NCBI GenBank assembly: GCA_002340265.1
Contig: DDLT01000235.1
Span: 1 to 47,796, forward strand
Reading direction: 5' to 3'
Origin: Lentisphaeria bacterium UBA2565
GTDB lineage: Bacteria; Verrucomicrobiota; Lentisphaeria; UBA2565
Length of the DNA stretch: 47,796 nt
Position 1 is the first letter of the stretch; every line of letters starts with the position of its first letter. Below, one piece after another: positions 24,801 through 33,602 of this stretch. Both the position numbers and the translations under genes were made by a program. The notes below the pieces were generated by a model, which saw only the letters and a program-made list of their open reading frames with translations, did not search any database and was not told where the DNA came from.

Positions 24801-25755
24801 CTTCATCGTCTTGCTCTCCTTCTTCAAGAACTGGTACGTATAGTTCGAAAATATCAGGATAGACTTTAAAGCCATCAAGTGGGGTCACTGTTATTCGAGC
24901 ATTGGTGGCTCTGTTTAATACTGCAGACGGAAACTCTGCTTCAAATAAAAATTGACCAATACTGTTTAGATGACAGTTTATTGTGTGTGTATCATTAATC
25001 TTTACCTCTATGGTGCGTAGCTCAGAGCTGTGGTTGTCACTGTCATAGGTTGATAAAATCAACTTTGCATTCTTGTTCATATTTACTTTAGGAGTGTCAA
25101 GAGGTATGTCATAATTCTGGGTTGTTGTTATTTTTTTCCCATTCCAAGGAGTTCCATTTGCCCCACTTAGTGCCAAGTTTAGATATAAACTTTCATCTTT
25201 TTTGTAAATTCGGGTCATCTCTCCATTAGCATTCACAACAGCGTTGTATCCATTATTTCCTAGCCAGTTTGTCTCCTGAGTTTGGTTGGATAACGTTATC
25301 GGAGTAGACGCAAGGTTTTGGATCGTAAGATCGCCTGCCCAAACGTAGTTTCGGTTAGTGTAGAAGTCATCCACGGGTTGAACAAACGTGTACCAATTAT
25401 TGCCTAGTTTGTAGAGAGGCAGTTTTACTCCCGCATTGTAAATTGAGAAGTTTTGTCCCTGTTTATGAAATCCGATAGTCTGTGCATTTGAATTTTTTAC
25501 TTCAGTTACATCTGAAAGATCGAGATTACCTTCTGAATCCCTAAATGGTATAGCTTCTGTAATATTGTACAAGCCGGCAATTGCGATAGGTTCAGATCTT
25601 CTTGCATAACCTGTTTGAACAGGAGTTTCTGTCGTATAAAGCCTTCTATGCCCGTCAAAATGTACTTTTTGACCAACCACAGACATTGTTTCACAGTATG
25701 TCTTAGTTGCTGAAAATAGTGAAACTAAAAATAGAAAAACATATTTTTTTATCAT
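21844..25755 (-). CDS. large secreted protein with probable clan CD (gingipain/C25-like) protease core and Ca-binding TSP3-like repeats
   Basis: 1303 aa, signal peptide MIKKYVFLFLVSLFSA. Candidate His/Cys dyad IYQGHGASEF ... GCFVWATCNTGRFF, 35-41 residues apart. C-terminal DSDLDNDSISD / DSDGDGISDYDE acidic repeats. There is a 9-nt gap to the Wzm gene. Confidence 0.6.
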   Translation of the reverse strand: MIKKYVFLFLVSLFSATKTYCETMSVVGQKVHFDGHRRLYTTETPVQTGYARRSEPIAIAGLYNITEAIPFRDSEGNLDLSDVTEVKNSNAQTIGFHKQGQNFSIYNAGVKLPLYKLGNNWYTFVQPVDDFYTNRNYVWAGDLTIQNLASTPITLSNQTQETNWLGNNGYNAVVNANGEMTRIYKKDESLYLNLALSGANGTPWNGKKITTTQNYDIPLDTPKVNMNKNAKLILSTYDSDNHSSELRTIEVKINDTHTINCHLNSIGQFLFEAEFPSAVLNRATNARITVTPLDGFKVYPDIFELYVPVLEEGEQDDEGYKLEPAKVNTDLPNSEYGALPPHLNIKVAEEYSGTIRLYNANIAVNMGNKVGKESLIGSKNDSNIFTIPGTFKSIHVTSGPVRGSSSPLTFDEEKELRAVNTNQKDYVAIIPSDYNYFQQLRQTKLPGEDDFSDYTLAPWQNNSSYISSDLYKIWHELKDTTDIDEDGDTTEPKIQAVHEIAGVSPIYVTIEQIIDVYGGGIYGPHGIINFLNQNPHLRNVLLVSSTSPDYKKNSPVKYHVQTPGVPTGYFYSSQGGFTSSDDIYCNWNKLDKVIARLPVYTESDLTSWLKKRIDYKAPDTFSLLAGENEGASFSEKQLKHHGDKLPTIMLDDVNEAITDDNSSTTPYTGADKMNGKIINSNITGITNSIYQGHGASEFLDNYKVLKSIDYKDDNNGESNNFGITKPGCFVWATCNTGRFFMASYHNAKYSAYYAPLCYQYIAGKLASETGDNITAPGDHRKGAVNIIAASSLAGASWEANFANKIVHKISTDESITWGEVYEYAKKYTTYDQNNKMYHFFGDPSVQVRGEKPRSAKLGTNSSYKNSISLTLKGDWENNIPEAYLNRINISYHASESGDLDPIYVTTLSDEQKAELINGGTELDIDISSVSELFNVTMKVYTKINPEDSGGTLNDEQLLWSKHTFNVDRTGPNSPLILRPTWDEARAHSGVGIIDSQIYCEGSTAGDSGSEIAGYRFTLTSDKTGKVFESNSIDSLLAIPEYYFKAEDFPEMNYGRYDLHFFAYDTLGNSSVTKTTIFWRNSASFDSDLDNDSISDMWEEIYFGSTELSSGGNQDSDGDGISDYDEFTNGTHPYEFDLDLQIGWNMISLPNEIDETKLHEMMSYVESISIYTPTNQTYDTVAKSTIDSIWDSKGDVINQVNLDFLKSKLQPLTGFWAFCVNIPVEPIKFSGIYSIKTVTVKPGWNLVGPAARYLYNSKSTMQNANEWNHGAQDYAPLNNGDFLLPATGYWIFNSTTEDEDLILK

Positions 25756-25868
25756 AACTCGCCCCGCTTAAAAAAAAAAATTCCTGTAAAAAGGATTTAT
25801 AATACAACTACGTCAACTGGTTAAGTTATTCTTTTAATTATTTTTTACAATATTTGGTAATGTTATTG

Positions 25869-25898
25869 TAAAAAAAAAGCCCGCCATGTAGGCGGGCT
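25869..25898 (-). terminator. strong rho-independent terminator
   Basis: agcccgcc-atgta-ggcgggct forms a perfect 8-bp stem, followed by T8-9 on the minus strand. It lies 19 nt downstream of the 25917-26195 gene. Confidence 0.85.
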
Positions 25899-25916
25899 TA
25901 TAAAAGTGCTTTTAGC

Positions 25917-26195
25917 TTACCACTGGTCAGCTTCGTACTCATTATCTGTATAAGTGTCTTGAACACCATTGTTGTCAACAAAACCACTTGCTCCAGATGA
26001 ATTAAGTCCACCTTCTGAATTTCCAGCCTGGATGATAGATTTTTCTGTTGTGATAGTTTCGAACTCTTCGCCTTTGTTCCAGCGTTCTGCGTTTTCAGCA
26101 TCAACGATGTGGATCATTCCAGCGTTACGGTCGATAAGTGCTAGCTTGTCTTCAACTTCGACAAGAAATACGTTTTCTTTTCCTAATTTAGCCAT
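25917..26195 (-). CDS. small acidic hypothetical protein
   Basis: 92 aa monocistronic unit with its own strong terminator. No family recognised. Confidence 0.6.
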   Translation of the reverse strand: MAKLGKENVFLVEVEDKLALIDRNAGMIHIVDAENAERWNKGEEFETITTEKSIIQAGNSEGGLNSSGASGFVDNNGVQDTYTDNEYEADQW

Positions 26196-26300
26196 TTTTT
26201 ATACCCTGTTACAGTTTTAGTTGCAGATTTATTTCGATTGTGAGAACAATTTAGTGACTCATAATTGAGATGTCAAAGGATTTTTGAATATTTTTTTTCT

Positions 26301-26942
26301 CTAAGTATAAAAAAAGTTTACAAATTTAGACAGTTCCACATAAGTGGCAGGAAATCCGGCAATTAAAACACGGTTTTTCTCTGCATTATAAACTTTACCA
26401 TTTAGTGTTGTGTAGGTTACGCCAGTTTCATCTAGAAAAAGTTTGGCGGCAGCAATGTCATAAAGCTGTAAATCTGTTTCCCAGAATCCTTGAAGATAAC
26501 CCGCTGCAAGGTAGGATGAATCTAATGCAGCGGATCCCATTCGGCGAATGCCTCTGGATTTGTTTAAAACTTCAGTAGCACATGCAAAAAAGTTTTTCTG
26601 CATGTCTTTTGACCGATAAGGAAAGCCGGTTCCGATTAAAGCATTCTCAATTTTTAGACTTGGGTCAACTTTCGAGCAGAGTTTATTGTTGTGGTAAAGC
26701 CCTTGACCTTTAATTGCTGTAAAAATATCACCAGTCGCAGGCTGATACACAACACCCAGCTTTGGTTCTCCACTTTCATATAAAGCTACAGAGATGGAAA
26801 ATTGAGCTAAACCGGAAAGGTAGTTGGTGGTTCCGTCAATCGGATCAACAATCCATTCCGTCGGCTGTCTATCCGCTTCAGTCTCTCTCCATAAAAGCCA
26901 CTTCCTGGTAAAAAAGAAAGACTTTCTGGAGAAGTTCTTCCA
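26301..26942 (-). pseudogene. inositol monophosphatase (SuhB/IMPase) family gene, 5'-truncated and frameshifted
   Basis: In-frame EWIVDPIDGTTNY (about 26835-26875) lies upstream of the first possible start (GTG at 26750). There is no ATG, GTG or TTG between the rimO stop (26943) and that motif. The preceding FLPGSGFYGE block reads in another frame, across a gagagag run. Confidence 0.6.
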
Positions 26943-28286
26943 CTAAATCAAATCTCCGAATAGATCGTAGGTGTCGGCTTCCGTGATTTTAACTTTGATG
27001 GCTGCCGGCAAATATTCGCAATCTTCAGGAATTGAGACATGAACCAGATTGTCAACTTCCGGTGCGTCACCGTAAGTTCTACCAATAATGCCTTCTTCAC
27101 TTTCACCTTCAATAATTACATCAAGTTCTTGACCAACCTTTTTCTGGTTGTTTTTGAAGGCAATTTCAGACTGAAACTTCATTAGTTCATCACAACGCTC
27201 TGCTGCAACTTCAGCTGGAACCAGTCCTTCTGTAATTTCTGCGGCAGAAGTCCCTTCTTCCGGAGAGTAGGTAAAGACACCAAGTCGGTCGAACTCAGTA
27301 TCAAGGATAAATTGTTTAAGAGATTGGTAATCTTCTTCGGTTTCACCAGGGAAGCCGACAATGAAAGTACTTCGAAGTGTCACGTTCGGAATATTGGCTT
27401 TGATTTTTTTCACCAATTCACGTGTTTTTTCTTCATCTGTTGCACGTTTCATTGCTTTTAAAACTGGAGTTGATACGTGCTGAAGTGGAATGTCCACATA
27501 AGGAACTAGATGTTCAGATGTTGCGAACATTTCGATTACTTCATCGGTGAAGTGAAGTGGATGTGTGTAAAGAATTCGAATACAGAAATCACCTTCAATT
27601 TTATCAAGTTCTTCGATAAGCTGAGGGAGTGACGCTTTTTCTTTCAGGTCTTTTCCGTAACTGGTTGTATCCTGAGCAATCAGAATAAGTTCATAAACGC
27701 CGTTGTTAACAAGGTTTTGAGCCTCTCGAACAATTGAATCGACTGGTCGGGAACGCTGAAGCCCTCGAATTGATGGTATCGCACAGAATGCACATTTGTG
27801 GTTGCAGCCTTCGGCAATTTTTACGTATGCATAAGTTGAAGGAGTCAACTGAAGACGCGGCGTTTCTTCATCATAAATGTAAGTACATTCTTTGATTTCC
27901 GGAATTCCGGCGATTCCTTCGTACATATCAGCAACAAGTTCAGAGAACTTTGAGACGTCATTTAGTCCCATGAAAAGGTCGACATCTGGGTATTGGTTTT
28001 GAACTTCTTCTATATTTCGCTGTGGTAGACAGCCTGCAACAACGACTTTGCGATGTTTCTGCTGTTTTTTCCAAAGAAGAGCTTCAAGAATGTTTTGCTC
28101 TGCTTCGGTTCTCGCATCAAAGATGAAGCTGCAGGTGTTGATTAGGAAAATGTCGGCTTCTTCTGCATAAGGCGTAATCATAATTCCAGAGCTTACGGCA
28201 GAACCTGCCATGATTTCGGTGTCGAGCCAGTTTTTGGCACAACCGAGACTTACTATGTATAGTTGTAGATTTTTTTTCATGGTCAC
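26943..28286 (-). CDS. rimO: ribosomal protein S12 methylthiotransferase RimO (radical SAM MTTase)
   Basis: N-terminal VSLGCAKNWLDTE, radical SAM CNHKCAFCAIP and a C-terminal TRAM domain. The ATG at 28280 is an alternative to the GTG at 28286. Confidence 0.85.
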   Translation of the reverse strand: MTMKKNLQLYIVSLGCAKNWLDTEIMAGSAVSSGIMITPYAEEADIFLINTCSFIFDARTEAEQNILEALLWKKQQKHRKVVVAGCLPQRNIEEVQNQYPDVDLFMGLNDVSKFSELVADMYEGIAGIPEIKECTYIYDEETPRLQLTPSTYAYVKIAEGCNHKCAFCAIPSIRGLQRSRPVDSIVREAQNLVNNGVYELILIAQDTTSYGKDLKEKASLPQLIEELDKIEGDFCIRILYTHPLHFTDEVIEMFATSEHLVPYVDIPLQHVSTPVLKAMKRATDEEKTRELVKKIKANIPNVTLRSTFIVGFPGETEEDYQSLKQFILDTEFDRLGVFTYSPEEGTSAAEITEGLVPAEVAAERCDELMKFQSEIAFKNNQKKVGQELDVIIEGESEEGIIGRTYGDAPEVDNLVHVSIPEDCEYLPAAIKVKITEADTYDLFGDLI

Positions 28287-28345
28287 TTAGTTTGTTAGTC
28301 AGTTAGGTGTTTAGTTGGTTCGCGATTTAAATTAATCACTATTAA

Positions 28346-29584
28346 TTACTTTCGAGTAATTAAAGCCGCTGCTTCGAAGTGTGAAGTCTGCGGGAACATA
28401 TCAAAAGCTTGAATTTTGTCGATTTTGAATTTTCCGGATTCCATAATTTTGCTTAAATCACGTGCCATTGTCGCCGGGTTGCACGAAATCATTACGATGG
28501 CTTTGAAGTCAGCCTTACAGATTTTTTCTAAAGCTTTCTGGTCACAGCCAGTTCTTGGTGGATCCATAATGATGACAGTTTCTGCCGGGTTGCAGTCGTG
28601 AATGATCTCGTTGAAGATAATTTTATCAGAACCGCAGTAAAAACGACGATTGACCAAACCTGCATTAAGCGTGTTAACCTGAGCAGCTCGAACCGCATTT
28701 TCGTCAATATCAAAAGTGAAGACTTCCATCTCGGCCGGAAGGTGAAGTCCGAAAACTCCAACTCCACAGTATGAATCGATTGCACTTTCGGCTCCGGTTT
28801 CTTCAACCCAATTTGCGACGGTTTTGAACATCTCTTCGGCAACTGGAATATTTACTTGAAAGAAGCTACCAAGTGGAACGCGTACCTCAAATTCGTTAAT
28901 TTGTTCAACAAGCCAAGGATAGCTTTCGGGAGCTTTGCCGAAAAATGCGTGCGCATCGCCTTTGGTTGTAGAACGAATCGTGCAGGAAAGCGGTTTTTTA
29001 CGAGTCGCATTTTTCTTCCCCCACTTCATTTTGTTCAGTTTTGGAAGTGTCTTGTTGATTTCTTCTTTTACCAGTTCACAGCGACGAATTCCGTTAATCG
29101 ATTTGTTGTCTTCGCCGACAAAACCGTAATCAAGGTAATCTTCGGTCAAACGAACTGGATGAAGGTTGATTTTGTTTCGGTAGTTGTATTTTTGCGGACT
29201 TTCGACAATTGGAAGCTGTTCAGTTTCAGAAATGTCCAGTTTACCGATTCTTGTCAGTTGATCAACAAGTTGCTTCTGTTTGATCTCCAGCTGCTTCTCG
29301 TAACAGATGTGTTCGTACTGACTGATTGGCGAAACGCCGTAATCTTTGCTTTTCGGTTCAATACGACAATCGGCTGGTTCCAAAACTTCATCAATTACCG
29401 CTTCGGCAAAGCGTTTTTTTACTTTGCGAATCTTTACACGCAATTTGTCGCCCGGCGCAGAGTAGGGGACAAAGATAGTTTGCCCGTTGTCAGCAATACC
29501 GACACCATTTCCACCAAATGCGATGTCTTTTATCGTTATGATAATGTTTTGTCCAACATAAAGTTTGTTAGAATCAGAACTCAT
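28346..29584 (-). CDS. TrmA/RlmD family RNA (uracil-5)-methyltransferase with N-terminal TRAM domain
   Basis: DPPRTG, ISCNPATMARD and DMFPQTSHFE motifs, 412 aa. The CxxxxxCxxC Fe-S motif of E. coli RlmD is not evident. Confidence 0.85.
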   Translation of the reverse strand: MSSDSNKLYVGQNIIITIKDIAFGGNGVGIADNGQTIFVPYSAPGDKLRVKIRKVKKRFAEAVIDEVLEPADCRIEPKSKDYGVSPISQYEHICYEKQLEIKQKQLVDQLTRIGKLDISETEQLPIVESPQKYNYRNKINLHPVRLTEDYLDYGFVGEDNKSINGIRRCELVKEEINKTLPKLNKMKWGKKNATRKKPLSCTIRSTTKGDAHAFFGKAPESYPWLVEQINEFEVRVPLGSFFQVNIPVAEEMFKTVANWVEETGAESAIDSYCGVGVFGLHLPAEMEVFTFDIDENAVRAAQVNTLNAGLVNRRFYCGSDKIIFNEIIHDCNPAETVIIMDPPRTGCDQKALEKICKADFKAIVMISCNPATMARDLSKIMESGKFKIDKIQAFDMFPQTSHFEAAALITRK

Positions 29585-29764
29585 ATATTATACTCAATTT
29601 TGAAAATATTTTTGTTTTGTAAACTTTTCAGTCTCAGGATGATTTCGGCGGTAAGGTAGCACGATATTTATTTTTTACAGATAGGATGTGATATTTTCGT
29701 ATAGAAGTTCAAACAAACCTAATTAGATTAACGCATATTTGAATTTAAAATCTGGAGTGTTTCG

Positions 29765-30601
29765 ATGTCTCGAAAAATTATAAAAATTAGTCTGATTGTT
29801 TTAGCTGTGTTTTTCCTGATTGTATACCTTGTGGTACTTTTTGGTTTAGCACCAATTGTGAACAAGGTGACAAGTAAGTTTGCCCCTGAAATCTTAGGTT
29901 GTGAAGTTAATATTGACGATGTGGATGTATATCCAGCGTTCAATGGATGCACAGTTCAGGGAATTATTGTCGGTAATCCGGAAGGTTTTAATACTGAAAC
30001 GGCATTTATTCTTGATGAAGTGACGGTTCAGGTGCAGCTGACTTCTTTGACGTCTGATACCATCGTGGTTAAGAATGTGATTGTTGATGGAGCGAGAGTG
30101 ACCTATGAGCAGGACTTGAACACTGCAAACCTTTTTACAATTCAGAAAAATATCGAAGAGTATGTAAAAAAACTGTCTGAGGGGAAAGTTGTTGATGAAA
30201 CCCCTGAAGAAGATACGGTTGCTGAGGAGCTTACTGAGGGTTCAAAAAAGCTTGTTATCGAGAACTTCGAATTTAAAAATGCCAAAGTTGACTTTAGTGC
30301 TGTTATTATGGGCGGTAAGTCTATGACATTACCAATTCCAGATATTCAGTTAAAAGATATTGGTAAGGATGAAGATGGTGGAGCGAGTGTTTCTGACATC
30401 ATACGTGAAATTTTCAACGAGATTGTAAAGTCATGTACAAATGTAGTTTCAGGTGTCGGTAGAGGACTTAAAAAAGCAGGCGGAGCTGTGATTGGAGGGG
30501 CTAAAGATTTGGGATCTGGCACGGTTAATGTAATAAAAGATGCTGGAAGTATTTTCGGTCTCGGCGGTTCAAAAGAGGAAAAAAAGGACGACGAAAAGTA
30601 A
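29765..30601 (+). CDS. membrane-anchored hypothetical protein
   Basis: 278 aa with an N-terminal TM helix (ISLIVLAVFFLIVYLVVLFGL) and a Gly-rich, charged C-terminus. The stop abuts the convergent PMM stop. Confidence 0.65.
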   Translation: MSRKIIKISLIVLAVFFLIVYLVVLFGLAPIVNKVTSKFAPEILGCEVNIDDVDVYPAFNGCTVQGIIVGNPEGFNTETAFILDEVTVQVQLTSLTSDTIVVKNVIVDGARVTYEQDLNTANLFTIQKNIEEYVKKLSEGKVVDETPEEDTVAEELTEGSKKLVIENFEFKNAKVDFSAVIMGGKSMTLPIPDIQLKDIGKDEDGGASVSDIIREIFNEIVKSCTNVVSGVGRGLKKAGGAVIGGAKDLGSGTVNVIKDAGSIFGLGGSKEEKKDDEK

Positions 30602-31927
30602 TTACTTTACGAATTCGTTTATAAGACGATAAAGTTCATTAATCCTCAAGCGTTGATCTTGGGGATTTTTTGTTTCTACTACAAGGCGAAGTAGAGATTC
30701 GGTGTTTGAATGGCGCAGGTTAAACCACCAATCAGGAAAGGTTATGGTCAAACCATCAAGGTAGTCGTGCTCCCCATCTTGGTATTTTGCTTCGAGGCAG
30801 TTAATGAGCGAGTCGATTCCATCAAGTTCAATATTGATTTCTCCACTATGCGAATAGCGCTGGAACTCTTCAGCAACTTCACTGAACTTCTTATTCTGCT
30901 TTTGTAAAATGTTACAGATATAAATTAGGGCGAGTGCCTGCGATTCGGAGAAGTAGTTTTCTTTGAAATAGTAATGACCGGAAAGTTCAAAACCGAAAAC
31001 TGAATCAGTTTCACGCATTTTATTCTTGATGACTGCGTGTCCGACTGGAACACGTTCGGCTGTTCCACCAGCTTCAGAAATCAGTTCATCCACAGAGTGT
31101 GAACATCTGACGCCGTAGACAACTTTCTTCTCGGAACCGGAAGTGATAATTTCCTTCGCAATCATTGCCCCGGTAATATCCATACCGATGATATTGCCGT
31201 TTTCATCCACAAAGCCGGCACGATCAGCATCGCCATCGTAGGCCACTCCAAAGTCGGCACCTTCTTCAACCACCGTGTAACAAAGCTCTTCAAGAGTACT
31301 TTTCTTTAGTGGGTTAGCTTCGTGTTTTGGGTAACTGCCATCAGAAATATCATTTAGTGGAATTATGTCAAAATAGTGCTTTACCGCTTCAAGCTCTTTT
31401 ATCCCCATGGCGTTGGCGTAATCAACGACGATTTTGGGACGCTTTTTGAATGTGATAAATTTTTCGAGGTGTTTTCGGTATTGCGGGATTATTGTGGAAA
31501 CTTCTGTAACTTTTTTTGGGGGATAGTCGATTGTATTGAGTTGTTTGACAATTTCCTGAATCTTATCGAGACCTTGGTTTTGCGAAATTGGTTTGGTATT
31601 TTTCCCGCAAATCTTAAAGCCATTCCAGTCTTTTGTGTTGTGAGATGCCGTAATCATGACACTGAAATCACTTTGCAGATAGCCGTTGGCAAAATAGTTC
31701 ATCGGGGTTGAACAGAGCCCGATATTGATTACTTTGCTTCCTCCGTAATTGAGCCCGCAACAAAGAGCCTGAAACAGTTTCGGCGAACTTATACGATTAT
31801 CATGACCTATTACAGCAGTTCCTTTGTTGAAATAAATTGCCAGCGCATGACCGAGTTTTTCGGCGAACGTTTCGGTTAGTTCTGTGCCGTAAATCCCTCG
31901 TATGTCGTATTTTTTGAAGATTGTCAA
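30602..31927 (-). CDS. phosphomannomutase/phosphoglucomutase (alpha-D-phosphohexomutase)
   Basis: Active-site ITASHNTKDWNGFK, Mg site GVAYDGDADR, sugar loop GFELSGHYYF. Confidence 0.9.
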   Translation of the reverse strand: MTIFKKYDIRGIYGTELTETFAEKLGHALAIYFNKGTAVIGHDNRISSPKLFQALCCGLNYGGSKVINIGLCSTPMNYFANGYLQSDFSVMITASHNTKDWNGFKICGKNTKPISQNQGLDKIQEIVKQLNTIDYPPKKVTEVSTIIPQYRKHLEKFITFKKRPKIVVDYANAMGIKELEAVKHYFDIIPLNDISDGSYPKHEANPLKKSTLEELCYTVVEEGADFGVAYDGDADRAGFVDENGNIIGMDITGAMIAKEIITSGSEKKVVYGVRCSHSVDELISEAGGTAERVPVGHAVIKNKMRETDSVFGFELSGHYYFKENYFSESQALALIYICNILQKQNKKFSEVAEEFQRYSHSGEINIELDGIDSLINCLEAKYQDGEHDYLDGLTITFPDWWFNLRHSNTESLLRLVVETKNPQDQRLRINELYRLINEFVK

Positions 31928-32076
31928 GTTTGACCTCTTAAAGTGTGAAGTGGTTTCAGTCAGAATGATTTTAGTTAAGATTTAACTATTTTCAATAACT
32001 CTTATTCAAAAGAGCAATAATTCATTTAAATTTAGCCGTTGAATAAAATAAAAGTTTACATAAAAGAGGACATAAA

Positions 32077-32796
32077 ATGTTGAAATTAGGGGTCAATATT
32101 GACCATGTAGCTACAGTAAGACAGGCTCGTCTGGGAATAGAACCTTCACCTATGAAAGCGGCTGATGAATGTGAAAAGGCAGGCTGCTTTGGAATCACCG
32201 CTCATTTGCGTGAAGATCGGCGCCATATTATCGATTCTGATATTGTTGCTTTGGCAAAGCAGGTGGAAAACCTGAACATGGAAATGGCTGTAACCGATGA
32301 AATGGTTGATATTGCATTAGCGAACAAGCCAAATAGTGTTTGTCTTGTTCCTGAAAAGCGCGAAGAGCTGACAACAGAAGGTGGCTTAGATGTAATTGGT
32401 ATCAAAGATAAGCTTTCGACTGCAATTTCCCGCTTTCAGGAAAATGGTATTTTGGTTAGTCTTTTTATCGACCCGGAAGAAGATCAGATTCGAATGGCGG
32501 CTGAACTTGGTGCAGAATACATCGAACTTCATACTGGAACATTTGCAAATGCCGACGGCGAAGAGCAATTGACTGAACTCGACCGATTGATTGAAGGTGC
32601 AAAGCTTGCTCATAATCTGGGAATTAAGGTAAATGCCGGACATGGAATTGATTACGTAAATATTGAATTGATCAAAAAAATTCCGCATTTGGTGGAACTT
32701 AATATTGGGCACAGTATTGTTTCTCGATCAATTTTTGTCGGAATGAGGCAGGCTGTAAAAGAGATGATCGATTTAATGGCTGATTATACAGGTTAG
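32077..32796 (+). CDS. pdxJ: pyridoxine 5'-phosphate synthase
   Basis: LGVNIDHVATVRQAR, GITAHLREDRRHI, EYIELHTG and NAGHG blocks. 239 aa. Confidence 0.95.
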   Translation: MLKLGVNIDHVATVRQARLGIEPSPMKAADECEKAGCFGITAHLREDRRHIIDSDIVALAKQVENLNMEMAVTDEMVDIALANKPNSVCLVPEKREELTTEGGLDVIGIKDKLSTAISRFQENGILVSLFIDPEEDQIRMAAELGAEYIELHTGTFANADGEEQLTELDRLIEGAKLAHNLGIKVNAGHGIDYVNIELIKKIPHLVELNIGHSIVSRSIFVGMRQAVKEMIDLMADYTG

Positions 32797-32807
32797 TAGG
32801 TAATTTT

Positions 32808-33587
32808 ATGGGATTTTTTGACGCACATTCACACACTCCTGGGCTAAGCTATTGCTGTTCTCCGGAAGTCACAATTCAGCACTACGCAGATGCCATTGAT
32901 GCAAATAGCTGGCTGGATGGTGTGGTGATTACAAATCATGGATTTTCGTCATATTTCCCCCCTGAAATTACTAAAACTTGGAAGTTTATGCGTGAACCTG
33001 AACTTTTCGACGAGTATGAAGATTTCGGGAATGAGCGCATAATGGATTTTGTCGGTCAGTTGGCCACATTTTGTAATCCTAATCTGGTGATGGGGATGGA
33101 AGTTGAGATGCTTTCAAATGGTCAGTTTACGTTGTCTGACAAAATTGCCTATTTTATTGATGTGAAAATCGGAAGCCTTCACTGGGGACCTACTGAACTT
33201 GTTGATAGAAGCCATCCTTCAACCGTTTGGGATTATGTACTTTCGTATTATGAGAGAATGCTTCGCAAAGGTGTGGATGTTATTGCTCATCCATTTCGCT
33301 GGCCTTTGAAAAATCTGAAGATTTCGCCGGATGCATCTATTATTCAAGACTTCGTAAGTTTACTGAAAAAATACAACACTGCTGCTGAAATTAACGGTCG
33401 TTTTCGTAATGCAAACGATGAATTCCTTTTGCAGGAAATGATGGGGGAAGGTGTTAAAATTGCCTTTTCTTCAGACGCACATCGCCCGGAAAACGTTGGC
33501 GACTTTAGTTATCATTTCGAACTTTTAGAGAAACTTGGACTGACTCTCGATGATATCGATTTTTGGCGTCCAAATGCAACTTATTAA
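32808..33587 (+). CDS. PHP-domain metal-dependent phosphoesterase
   Basis: FDAHSHT start motif, VITNHG, AHPFRW and FSSDAHRP histidine blocks typical of the PHP / histidinol-phosphatase family. Confidence 0.75.
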   Translation: MGFFDAHSHTPGLSYCCSPEVTIQHYADAIDANSWLDGVVITNHGFSSYFPPEITKTWKFMREPELFDEYEDFGNERIMDFVGQLATFCNPNLVMGMEVEMLSNGQFTLSDKIAYFIDVKIGSLHWGPTELVDRSHPSTVWDYVLSYYERMLRKGVDVIAHPFRWPLKNLKISPDASIIQDFVSLLKKYNTAAEINGRFRNANDEFLLQEMMGEGVKIAFSSDAHRPENVGDFSYHFELLEKLGLTLDDIDFWRPNATY

Positions 33588-33602
33588 AATGAGATATAAT
33601 TT

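Noticed and set aside
28856-29659. 267-aa plus-strand ORF
   Set aside because: It lies antisense to the RlmD-like methyltransferase, which has unambiguous motifs. The product is F/R-rich nonsense.
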